A stretch of 64,000 nt of DNA. It comes from Lama glama. Taxonomy: Eukaryota. The notes under the pieces are model-generated. The model was not told the origin of the DNA. It made no database searches and saw nothing but the letters and a program-made list of their open reading frames with translations. Below, piece by piece: positions 13,200 through 24,520 of this stretch. The stretch lies in the NCBI GenBank assembly GCA_028534125.1, contig CM052818.1, positions 16,246,001-16,310,000 of the forward strand, written 5' to 3'. A program made the position numbers and the translations under genes. Numbering within the stretch: the stretch's first letter is position 1; each line of letters starts with the position of its first letter.

Positions 13200-13915
13200 A
13201 CTATTGGTATTAACTGCTACAGATAGAACCATACATAATGATTTAGCAGCAATCCATATATTTTGACAAGTTGTTATTTTCGTAGTAATGTACTTCAAAG
13301 TATTTTTTAATTCTAATTTTGATTGTCTTTGATCCATGGGGTATTTAAAAGTTTGTTATTTAGCCTCCAAATATTTGGATATATTCCAGATATTTTTGTC
13401 TTCTTGATTCCTAATTATTTAGGTTATTTGAATCTTTTTAATTTATGTAAACTTGTTTTATGTCCAAAAACAAGGCCTATCTTAATAAATGTTCTGAATG
13501 CACTTGAAAGAATGTGAAAGTGATCTGTATTACACTGTTGTTGAGTAGAGTGTTCTATAAATACCCATTAGGCATGTTTGGTAGTGTTGATTAAATCTGC
13601 ATCTTTACTGATTTTCTGTCTAGATGGTCTATCAATTGAGAGAAGGTAACCGAAATCTCTGACTACAATTTATTATATGTTTGCTTATCCATTCAGTTCT
13701 AGCTTCATTTATATTAAATGCTGTTATTAGGTACATAAACATCTACAGTTTTTATACCCTCTTGATGAATGGGCCCCTTTAAAATCATAAAATGTCATTT
13801 TTATCCCTGGTCAATATTCTTTGCCCTAAAATCAAATGTCTGAAGTTAACATAACTACTCAAACTCAACTTTTGAATAGTGCTAGCATGTCACATATTTT
13901 TAGATCTTTCTACTA
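13200..13915 (-). mobile_element. L1 ORF2 5' (endonuclease-region) remnant
   Basis: Antisense motifs gcacttgaaagaatgtg, gagtagagtgttctataaat, tttactgattttctgtctag, gctgttattaggtacata. Confidence 0.75.
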
Positions 13916-13924
13916 TTTATAATT

Positions 13925-15480
13925 ATATGTTTATTTTGAGATTTAGATTTACATAATTTTGTAAAAAAATAATACAAAGAGATCACATGTACCCTTCACC
14001 TAGTTACTCTTAATTGCAATTGTGCAAACCTTTGGTGCAATGTCACCACCAGGATAAGACATTGATAGAGTGAAGATATAGAGTATTTACATCAAAACAA
14101 AAAAATCCTCATGTTGCCCTTATAGGCACTCCCACTTTCTTATCCCATATTCTTCTAAACCCTGGGTTTAAAATAATTAAATTTGCTATAAATTGGCCAC
14201 TTCATGATTGTATATAAATTGAATCATACTGTATGTAACCCCTAGAATTTCCCTTCATAACTAAGCATAATTCTCAGGAAATTTAACAAGGTTTCTTGCA
14301 TATATCAATAATTTGTTGCTTTATATTGCTGAATAGTAATTCGTTGTATGGGTGTCCCACAGCTTGTTTATCATTCACCAGTGGAAAGATATATGTGTTA
14401 TTTCTAGTTTTGGGCTATTATAAATAAAGTAGCTCTAAACATTCCTATACAGATTTTCATTTTTCTGGGATAAATGCCCAAGGGTGCATTTGCTCAGTTG
14501 TATGTTTATTGGATACTCAGTATTTTTTTAAAATTGCCAAACTGCTTTAAAGAGTGAGCAGACCATTTTACAACCCCACCAGCAATACATAAGTGATCCA
14601 ATTTCTAAACATTCCTCCTAGGTTTGGTGTTGTCACTATTTTTTATTTTAGCCATTCTGATAGTGTGTACTGTTACCTCATTTGGGTTTTAATTTCCATT
14701 TCCTTAATAGCTAATGAAGTTGAACATCTTCTCATGTACTTATTTGTTATGTTATCTCCTCAGTAAATTTTTCTTCATGTCTTTTGTGCACTTTTTATTT
14801 GGATTATTTGTTTACTATTAAGCATTCGGAGGGATTTTTTTGTTTGTTTTAGTATTTGGGAATCTTCTTATTTCTGTTTACACTCTCTATTTAAAATATT
14901 TTACAATAGTATTAGATATTACTCCTTTATCGGACACGTGGTTTGCAAATATGTTCTCACATTCTCTGTCTTATCTTTTCATCCCTTTACAGGAGTCTTT
15001 TGCAGGACAAAACCATTTTAATTTTAAAGTCCAAGTTATCATATTTTCTATTATCTATTGTGTTTTATTCATAAATTCTAAGATCTTTTCAACTAGCTAT
15101 AGATCCTAAAGACTTGTTTTTTTTTTTTCTAGAAGTTTTATAACTATATATTTTACATTTAAGTTCATGATCCATTTTGATTTACTTTGTGTATAAAATG
15201 TGAAACTTAAGTCAAAGTTCTTCTTCTTCTTCTTTTTTTTTACTATGAATATCCAATTGCTCCAGCAACATTTGTTGAAATCTTTCCTCCCTTAATTTGC
15301 TTTTATTACGTTGTCAAAAATCACTTGCATATTTTGTTGGTCTACATCTAGCTTTTCAACTTCATTCCATTGGCCTGTATGTCTATTCCTCCAATATAAC
15401 ACACAGTCTTGTTTACTGTAACTATATAACAAGTTTTAAAATAAGATAGACAGATTCCACATACTTTATTTTTATCAAAA
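13925..15480 (-). mobile_element. L1MC-type 3'UTR + ORF2 remnant
   Basis: atacaaagagatcacatgtacccttcacc start; ctgggataaatgccca, ttttagccattctgatag, gatccattttga. Confidence 0.85.
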
Positions 15481-15494
15481 ATATATCAGCATTC

Positions 15495-15930
15495 ATACCA
15501 TATGAATTCATACCAGCAATGCAACTTCTGGGTATTTATCTGAAGAAAACAAAAATACTAATTCAAAAACATAACTGTACCCCATGTTCACTGCAGAATA
15601 TTGCAGCATTATTTATAATAGCCAAGATATGAAACAACTTAAGTGTCAATCAATGGATGAGCAGATAAAGAAATTTACATATATATGTATACACACACAC
15701 ACACCATGTAATATTATTCATGCCAGCTATAAAAAAGAATGAAATATTGCCACTTGTGACAACATGGATGAACTTTGAGCATGTTATGCTAAGTGAAATA
15801 AGTCAGACAGAGAAAGACAAATATTATATGCTCTTTCTTATATATGTAATCAAAAAAAAAAAAAAACCAAGCTCACAGAAAAGAGAATAAATCGCTGGTT
15901 AAAAGAGGTAATAAGGGTGGCATAAGGTGG
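15495..15930 (+). mobile_element. L1 3' fragment
   Basis: ccagcaatgcaacttctgggtatttatc...gacaacatggatgaac...gctaagtgaaataagtcagacagagaaagacaaata. Confidence 0.85.
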
Positions 15931-16279
15931 TAAACTGTTTTGTTCCAGTTTACATAAGCTGAATAAAAATAAAATAAGATGACCAAAATGATGAGCAAAA
16001 CCTGCTGATGACAATGTAATCTGGGGGAGTAATTTAGACAGCAATGCTTCTACTCATCTCATATTAAAAAATAATCAGTGGATTGAGTGACTTAGTTACC
16101 TGATGTATGTTAGCAGGTGCTAATTTGTTATTTTTAGAATGGAAGAACATGGCAACATAAGAGTTGATAAGACATAAATTCATAACTCCTGTATTATGAC
16201 ATAGGGAAACACCAGAGTAAGTGTATTTTAATAAGTTTAGATATCTGTATTTAAATAAAATTTTCTTCTGTATCTGATT

Positions 16280-16708
16280 TATTTTTACGGACTTATGGTT
16301 GATTTACAATATTATGTTAGTTTTAGGTATACAGCAAATTAATTCAGTTATTTTTTCAAGTTATATTCCATTACAGGTTATTGCAATAATAGTGAATATA
16401 ATTCCCTAGGCTATAGAGTAAATGTTTGTTGCTCATCTATTTTATGTATACTAGTTTGCATCTATTAAAGTGATACTTCTAATTTGTCCTTCCTTTCTTC
16501 CCTCTTCCCTTTGATAATCATAAGTTTGTTTTCTATGTCTGTGAGTCTGTTTCTATTTTGTATATAGATTCATTTGTATTATTTTTTTATATTCCACATG
16601 TAAGTGATATCATTAAGTATTTGTCTTCCTCTAAGTTACATCACTAAGTATAATATTCTCTAGGTCCATTCATGTTACTGCAAATGGCAATATTGCATTC
16701 TTTTTCAT
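16280..16708 (-). mobile_element. L1 3' end (laurasiatherian/artiodactyl-type)
   Basis: gttgatttacaatattatgttagttttaggtatacagc...ctaggtccattcatgttactgcaaatggc. Confidence 0.85.
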
Positions 16709-16744
16709 TCCAGTACCCAGCTTCTCATACCAAAATCTGCAAAT

Positions 16745-16862
16745 GCTAAACTGTATATTTATTGACTGTATATTTATTGGGCTGACTGTATATTTATTGA
16801 AAGAAAACTATTTATTAGTGGACCTGCACAGTTCAAACCCATGTTGTTTAAGGGTCAACTAC
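16745..16862 (+). mobile_element. Tigger2-like DNA transposon end (one TIR)
   Basis: agtggacctgcacagttcaaacccatgttgtttaagggtcaact matches the reverse complement of the recalled Tigger2 TIR CAGTTGACCCTTGAACAAC...; contains ctgtatatttattg three times. Confidence 0.7.
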
Positions 16863-17805
16863 ATAAAGAACTCATAAAACTCAATATCAAAAAACAACTT
16901 AATTAAAAACATTGGCAGAGGACCCAGACACACATTCTTCCAAAGAAGACATAATAATGGTCAACAGGTACATGAAAAGGTGCTCAGCATTACTAATCAA
17001 CGAGGAAATGCACATCAAATCCATGACAAGATACTTCACAATTGTTAGAAAGGCTATTATCAAAAAACAAACAAAGAAACAAAAAACTTTTAAGTATTGT
17101 CAAGAATGTGAAGAAAAGGGAACCCTTGTGCACTGCTGGTGGGAATGTAAACTGATGCAGACTCTATGGAAAACATTATGGAGATGCTTCATAAAACCAG
17201 AAATAGAACTACAATATGATCCAGCTATTTGAAAAGATATATGTACCCCTATGTTTACTGTAGCACTATTTATAATAGCAAAAGTATGGAAGCAACTTAA
17301 GTGCCCACCCATTAAATGAATGGATAAAGAAGGTGTGGTGTATAAATAGACAATGAAATATTACTCAGCCATTAAAAGTATGATATCTTGCCATTTGTGG
17401 CAACATAGATGGACCTGGGAGTATAAATGCTAAGTGAAATCAGTCAGTCATCAAACTGTAAGTGACATTTAAAAAACAAAAGAAATGAAAAATAAAAGAG
17501 AAACAAACTCATAGATATAGAGAATGAACTGGTGGTTGTCAGAGGGGTGGGGGTGAGAGGATGGATAAAATAGGTAAAGGGGATTAAGATATACAGTCTT
17601 TCAGTTACAAAATAAATAAGTATTGGGGATGTAATGTACAGATAGGGTACATACTTAATAAGACTGTAACAACATTGCATAGTGTCAGGTGGAAACTGGC
17701 CTTATTGTGGTGATCATTTCATAATGTATAAAAATATCAAATCACTATGTTGTACACCTGAAACTCATATAATATGGTATGCTTATTATACCTCAATAAA
17801 AAATG
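16863..17805 (+). mobile_element. L1 (L1MA-late/L1_Art-like) ORF2 C-terminus + 3'UTR
   Basis: ORF 16912-17232 (MKRCSALL...HCWWECKL...YDPAI) is the ORF2 cysteine-rich C-terminus; ends atacctcaataaaaaa. Confidence 0.92.
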
Positions 17806-19718
17806 AAAGTCATATGTTGCTCAAGATAGAACTTCAGATTTAGAAAGTCTTCCTGGCAAGAAGTAGGACAAAAGCCTACTAAATTCTTTCTAATAAAATA
17901 TCCCTTATATTTTTCTATCAAACTTGTATAGATTTGAGGCAGAGAAAAATGACCCCTGCAGTCATCTCTTCAAACCAAACTGGTGAACCATTGGCTTTTA
18001 TATAAGTGCCAGTTCATTTCTTCCTCAAAATAACTCAGACTCTGTTAATTACTATTTTTCTCAGGTGTCACACCAAATTGAATAGATTTATTTTCTCTTT
18101 TATTCTAAATGTTAATAAGAAGCTGATATAATCCAGAAGCCTAAGGACTCAAAGCACATGTACTCTGGAATTAGGGAAGGTATGGTTTAAACCAAGGGAT
18201 GAAAGCTACTGCCAGAAAATGGACAAAAATCAGTCTTAACATCTATCCTTTCTGAAGCTTGTTTAAAAACATTCTATCTAAACAAAAACAATGTTTGTCA
18301 TTGTTGAATTTATGAGCCTCTTTAACATGAAGGGTATGCCAAAGCAATAGAGTAACAATGTAAAAAATGTTTATTGTGTGTTGGGTTGTTGATTATTAAA
18401 ATCACCAAATAATGTTTGTAAAGCTATTCCTGATTTGCACCTGATATTTGGGCTACTGGCAATGCCTCCATTCCATCCCTGAACTTCATTCCATACCGAC
18501 TATCAAATTTCTGCCTCAGTCAGTCCTAGGAGGAATATGGTGATGCTAGGAAACTCAAGGATATAATGGAATGACTGTCTCAAAAATTATTTGATAATAT
18601 TTAAAATAATATTAAATATTAGGAAATATAATAGTTTTTTTGTGATGAGGGCAGGATCTTTAAAAACATCCTTAATGTCAAACTGCTATGATAAAATGCC
18701 ACATACATATCAAACCAGTATGTAAATTAAGACTTATTAACCTAGAGTCTACTTAGGCACACAATAAACTCTCAATGCATTTAAACTATTATTAATATTA
18801 TGTTATTAAGATCCCTGCCATTAAAAGTGCCTTCTGTTTGGCAGTCTCTGTGCCATTCTTCCATTCTAAAAAGTACAAGGTATTATAGATATGAACAGGC
18901 AAGAACAATATTCACAATTGCAGTGCCTCCTGTTAATAGGAATTAATATTAGTAACCCTTAACATTATGGAGGCTTTAATTAAATTGAAAAATATCAATG
19001 AAAGAAAATACAATTAAGCCAAGGTATACTTAAGCTTTGCTATCATCACCACACAAGAAAGAACATGGAAATTCCAGTAATGTATATTAACCAATTATAA
19101 AACTCTAAGGCAAATGATCAAGCTGGATCTGCTTCTCTTAATATGCATGAGAAAATATGTATTATCCTTCCTTAATAATAAAGCTCATTAATAAAAATTG
19201 TTTCCCAAATTTAGAATTACTCCCAGACAAAATTCTACTTCCTACTATTTTTTTCACAACAAAAGGAGTCTTATTTGTTAGTCTCTAACTCGGAAATACA
19301 GTCTCACATCACTTATCTGTCAACATAAGGGGTCTCAATATGAAGTTCTCTATTACAGAAAACTTGAATGGTTCTCCAAAGGCCAAATTATGACAAGCTC
19401 ATAGCAAAACTTTCAATTGTTTGGAAAGAAATGTCTTAAAACTACTTCTCAGAATACAGTTATTTCATGGTTTGACCCCTCTTTTGATTAATTCTGAATA
19501 CATGACTTCAGTACATTTTATGATTCAAGACCTTTCTGTTGTCATTTGAGGTGCAGCGGAAAAAAACTGAGTTATTTTGGTATAGCTGAGAAAGGGTGAA
19601 TTTTCAAAGTGTACAATATATGAGCTTTCTAATGCAGAAGTGCTTCCCCAGCCTAAAGTGAAGAATGGAGAAATGTGTGTCAATGTTTCTGATTAATAAT
19701 ATTAAAAATAAATATGAA

Positions 19719-21242
19719 TGAAACTTTACAAGGGATTGTTTCTTTATCTTCCTTTTCTGATACCCTCCCAGACTTCAGACAATACTGCAGAGCTACAGTC
19801 ATCTAAACAGCATGGTGTTGATACAAAAACAGACATATGGATCAATGGAACAGAATAGAGAACCCAGAAATTAATCCACAAACTTTTGGTCAATTAATCT
19901 TTGACAAAGGAGGCAAGAATATACAATGGAGTAAAGAGTTTCTTCAGCAAATGGTGCTGTAAAAACTGGGCAGCTGCATGTAAATCAATGAAGCTAGAAC
20001 ACTCTCTCACACCATACACACAAATAAACTCAAAACGGCTTAAAGACTTAAACATAAGACAAGACACTATAAACCTCTTAGAAGAAACCATAGGCAAAAC
20101 ATTATCTGACATAAATCTCAGCTATCTAGGGCAATCTACCCAAGAAATAGAAATAAAAGCAAATATAAACAAATGGGACAGAAAACCTACAGAATGGGAG
20201 AAAATATTTGCAAAAAATGAGACTGACAAAGGCTTAATTTCCAGAGTATATAAATAGCTCATACAACTTAATAAGAAAAAAACAAATAACTCAATACAAA
20301 AACGGGTAGAAAATCTAAACAAGCAATTCTCCAATGAAGATATACGAACAGCCAATAGGCACATGAAAAAATGCTCAATATCGCTCAATATCAAAATAAT
20401 GAAAATCAAAATTACAATGAGGTATCACCTCACATAGGTCAGAATGGCCATCATAAAAAGTCCACAAACAATAAATGCTTGAGAGGGTGTGGAGAAAAGG
20501 GAACCCTACTACACTGTTGATGGGAATGCAGTTTGGTGCAGCCATTATGGAAAATACAGAGTTGCTCAAAAAACTAAAAATAGACTTACCATATGATCCA
20601 GTAATCCCACTCCTGAGCATGTATCCAGAGGGAACCTTAATTCAAAAAGACACGTGCACCTCAATGTTCATAGCAGCACTATATAAAATAGCCAAGACAT
20701 GAAAGCAACCTAAAATCCATCAACAGATGACTGGATAAAGAAGTTGTGGTATATTTATACAAGGAATACTACTCAGTCATAAAGAATAATAAAATAATGC
20801 CATTTGCAGTAACATGGATGAACCCGGAGATTGTTATTCTAAGTGAAGTCAATCAGAAAGAAAAAGAAAAATATCTTCTATCACTTATATGTTGAACAAC
20901 AAAAAAAAAAAAGACAAGCAAACTTGTTTATAAAACAGAAACAGACTCACAGGCATAGAAAACAAACTTATGGTTACCAGGGTGGGAAGGGGGTAGGAAG
21001 AGATAAATTGGGAGCTCAAGATTTGCAGATACTAACTAATATATATAAAATATATAAACAAGAAGTTTATTCTGTATAGCACAGAGTATCATATTCAATA
21101 TCTTGCAGTAATTTATGCTAAAAAAGAATATGAAAATGAATATATGTGTGTTCCTATATGACTGAAATATTGTACTGTACACCAGAAATTGACACAACAT
21201 TGTAAACTGACTATACTTCAATAAAAACGTATTTTAAAAAAG
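19719..21242 (+). mobile_element. Relatively young L1 (camelid-like), 5'-truncated with short 5' inversion
   Basis: ORF2 peptides ([36 protein letters not shown]); AATAAA at 21220 and A-rich tail; TSD aaaaa(t/g)aaatatgaa 19704-19718 / 21243-21257. Confidence 0.93.
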
Positions 21243-23049
21243 AAAAAGAAATATGAAACAGTTCTGAATATTACTTCTTTCTAATGAACTTAAATTTTAA
21301 TATTAATTCATTATTTTTTGCTGATAAATGACAGCATTCATAATTCTGGCATTACCAAAAATAATCTTATTGGTCTTGAAAGTAAATAATAGAGTCTTAA
21401 ATGAACCAAGAGTGTGGTAATATAGCTGAGCATTTTAAATTAAAAACACCTGATGGTATACATATGTTTATCACACTACCTCCAATTAATTTGCAGAATC
21501 CTAAAAATGCCCCAAACACTTATAAACCATATAGTGGTACAAGACAGGCTGGAATTAACTGGAATATTGGGGTTGTAGAAGACACATGAAATTAAAGATT
21601 TGTAATAGCTGGGTGTCAACATAGGACTTGGAAAAAATGAATGATTGTTGAAAAGAGAAAAGAGAATGAAAGACACAAGAGCATACAATGGTACTAACTG
21701 AAAACAAAAACAGATACCTGAAGGCAAGAAAAAATGTCTTATCTTTCTTTCGAATCCTCCATAGCCTAATTCAGGATTTATTTAGCATAAAGTTAGTATT
21801 AAAAATACTCATGGATGTATTAGTTTATAAAAGGTGAATCAAAAAATATGTTACATCTATATCTAATTGATTTTTTTTAGGAAACTGCAGAATTCAACAC
21901 AAAATAACAGACAGCAAACAAAAGACAGGAAAAAGGGAAAAAACATCAGCTGAGAATCACTGTCTACCAAGCATAAAATTAGCAGGATGAACTGCCAATC
22001 CTTTCTTTATTAAGCATTGCACTGAAAAATTAATGTGCAAACAATCAAAGGGAATCAACTGGAGAAGACAGATGAATTTCATATCGATACCCAAGATTGG
22101 CAGGACCTTGATATAGGTACTTGATACAAGGATTTTCTCCTAAAGTAAGAAAGCTCATAAATATGATAGTACACTTAGAGGTAAGCAGCCTCTGGGGCAG
22201 ACTCACATTAACCAAAGTCATAAAAGACTCATGTATAAAAACCTGAATAATAATTTTGATTTTATGACACATATAATCTCAAGAATATCATATATTGATA
22301 TTTATATCAGCATAACAATATATGAATGAAGTAGAACTTACATTTGAGTATTGCAGAGTGAGCACATGTTTTACTATTTGACTGTGAAGTTTGTTATGAA
22401 TAGGGAAGGAAATAGTTGACATTAGGTTCCTCTTACACTGATTATTAGAAAAAGCATTGAATCATAAAGCTTTAGAATCATTTATTCTACCTCTTCACTG
22501 ATTTCTGAGCCATTTTAGATTGAACTTGGAAAAAGTTTAATTATCTTACAGAATGCCTAAACATATAGATAAGCTGTTCAACATACTCTTTACTATGTTG
22601 CACTTTCACTCCCTCAAAATTTTACAGACTTACACACTTACTGCAGTGAGTTATTCTAGTGGTCGAAAGAATACTGTTCACAAAACTTGCTCAGAAACCG
22701 AAAACTGGATAACCTGAGGCTGGATAAGTAACTGTTCTGTTTTGTTTTGTTTCGCTTTTCCAATGGAACTGCCAATGCCAAGTACTATAATTTACTTTGT
22801 CCACTCTTGGTAAATGACAAACTGACAACTACATGTTACTCTCTCTTTAAGGTTACTTTTTTCTGGTACTCTATATTGAACAACCGTTCGTTTGCCTAAA
22901 TCAGGAACTGTATTCTACTGATTATACCAACTTTTTACTGCTCCTTGCTTATCTCATGCCTAACTTCCTTCCTTGTATGGTTTAAATAATCCATTATTAT
23001 AACCACTAATTGCACGTATATTCAGATTTCTTGTCACTCTATTCCTTCA

Positions 23050-24110
23050 TGATACAAAATTGGCCCAAAAAATACACCCTACTTAACATACCACGCTATC
23101 AACTCTGAACTTGTGCCTGGACAGCTGAGTATGGCTAGAGAAGAACACATATTTACTTCGTCTATTTGCTTTCTCTCTTTTGGGGGCAGCAATTACTTCT
23201 CTATTCTCAAACAATATCTTCTCCCCCTATACTTACATTCTTCTTATAATTTTGTTTCGATTTCAAATATAAAATAGAAGAAATTCAGAATAAACTTTCA
23301 CATACTATCATTTACAAACTCATTCTCATCTTTACTCATACTCTGCCTTCTCTCTTGTCACAATGAATAGGCTAAGCCTCTATCTAAAAAACCAATCCCT
23401 CATGCATTATATCCTATCCCTTCATGCCAACTAAAGGACAGTCATTTCTCTCTTCAACATTTTATTTCCCCTCCCTGCATCAACCAGCACCTCCAACAGG
23501 CTTCTATGTTTGAGTAAATGATTTATCTATCCTTCTGGTTTCTCAGGACTAACCATAAACTTAGAATCCGCCTTAACTCATCTCCTCTCTCACACTTCAC
23601 ATAATTCTAAGCAAATCACATATCCGTATTTCAACCAAGCTTCATACATTCAATCCTACAAAGTTCAGGCCACTATGTTTTCTTGACTAGATTAAAATTA
23701 TTGCCTACAAACTGGTCTCCTGGCTTTCTCCCTTAACTATTTCAATTTGCTATCACTAATGTCAGATAATCATTTTAAAGCACAAATTAGATCATGTTTC
23801 TTCTCTGCTCAGAATACCGCAGAGCCTTTCCACCTCCCTCAGCATCACAATCAAATGAACTTCTTAATACTACTTTTCCCGATGTAGTCTTCATTTCCTT
23901 GCCCTAGGCACACCCATTCTGTTTCCTGAATACATTAAACACATACCCATCTCTATACTTTTCTCTTGGTCTGGACCATTTTCTTCTAGGTATTATTTCC
24001 TTGGTTTCTTTGGGTTTGAGATCAAATGTCACTTTATCACTGTGACCCTCCCTGACCATAACTTAATATAAAATAATAATTTCCTTCATCCTTGTCATGT
24101 TCCATTCTTA
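23050..24110 (+). mobile_element. L2 LINE remnant
   Basis: Pyrimidine-rich L2 ORF2/3' motifs (actggtctcctggctt, aaattagatcatgtttcttctctgctcagaa, caaatgtcactttatcactgtgaccctccctgacca). Confidence 0.75.
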
Positions 24111-24159
24111 TCTCTCTTATCCATAAGTTTGTGTCCTTTTAACTACATAACAATATTAT

Positions 24160-24370
24160 CCGAGATCACTAGCTCCACTATTTAACAGCCATGTCACTTT
24201 CAGCAAATTACTTAGCAGAACATCTCAGTTTCCATAATTATAAAATGGAAATGCTACTAGTAATCACCTCGTAGTATTGGCATGAGGATTAAATAATCTG
24301 ATATATGCACTATGTTTAGACTAGTGCCAGGTATATATGTAATGTAATAGTTATCATTTTATTATTATTG
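24160..24370 (+). mobile_element. MIR SINE
   Basis: ctagctccactatttaacagccatgtcactttcagcaaattactt...ctcagtttccataattataaaatgg...gaggattaaataa. Confidence 0.8.
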
Positions 24371-24389
24371 CTATTATCGTCATTATATT

Positions 24390-24520
24390 AAGTCATGTCT
24401 TGCCTACCTCATAGAATACTCTGTGAGATTGGAAATTTTTATTTCCACTGTTTTGTCCTAATGCCTTAATCAGAATGCAGTACATAACAGGTGGTTAATA
24501 AATACCATTTGAATAAATGT
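24390..24520 (+). mobile_element. L2 3' end
   Basis: gcagtacataacaggtggttaataaataccatttgaataaatg resembles the L2 tail. Confidence 0.6.

Noticed and set aside
12344..21221. Several 70-138 aa ORFs
   Set aside because: Sense or antisense readings of decayed L1 ORF2/3'UTR, not host genes
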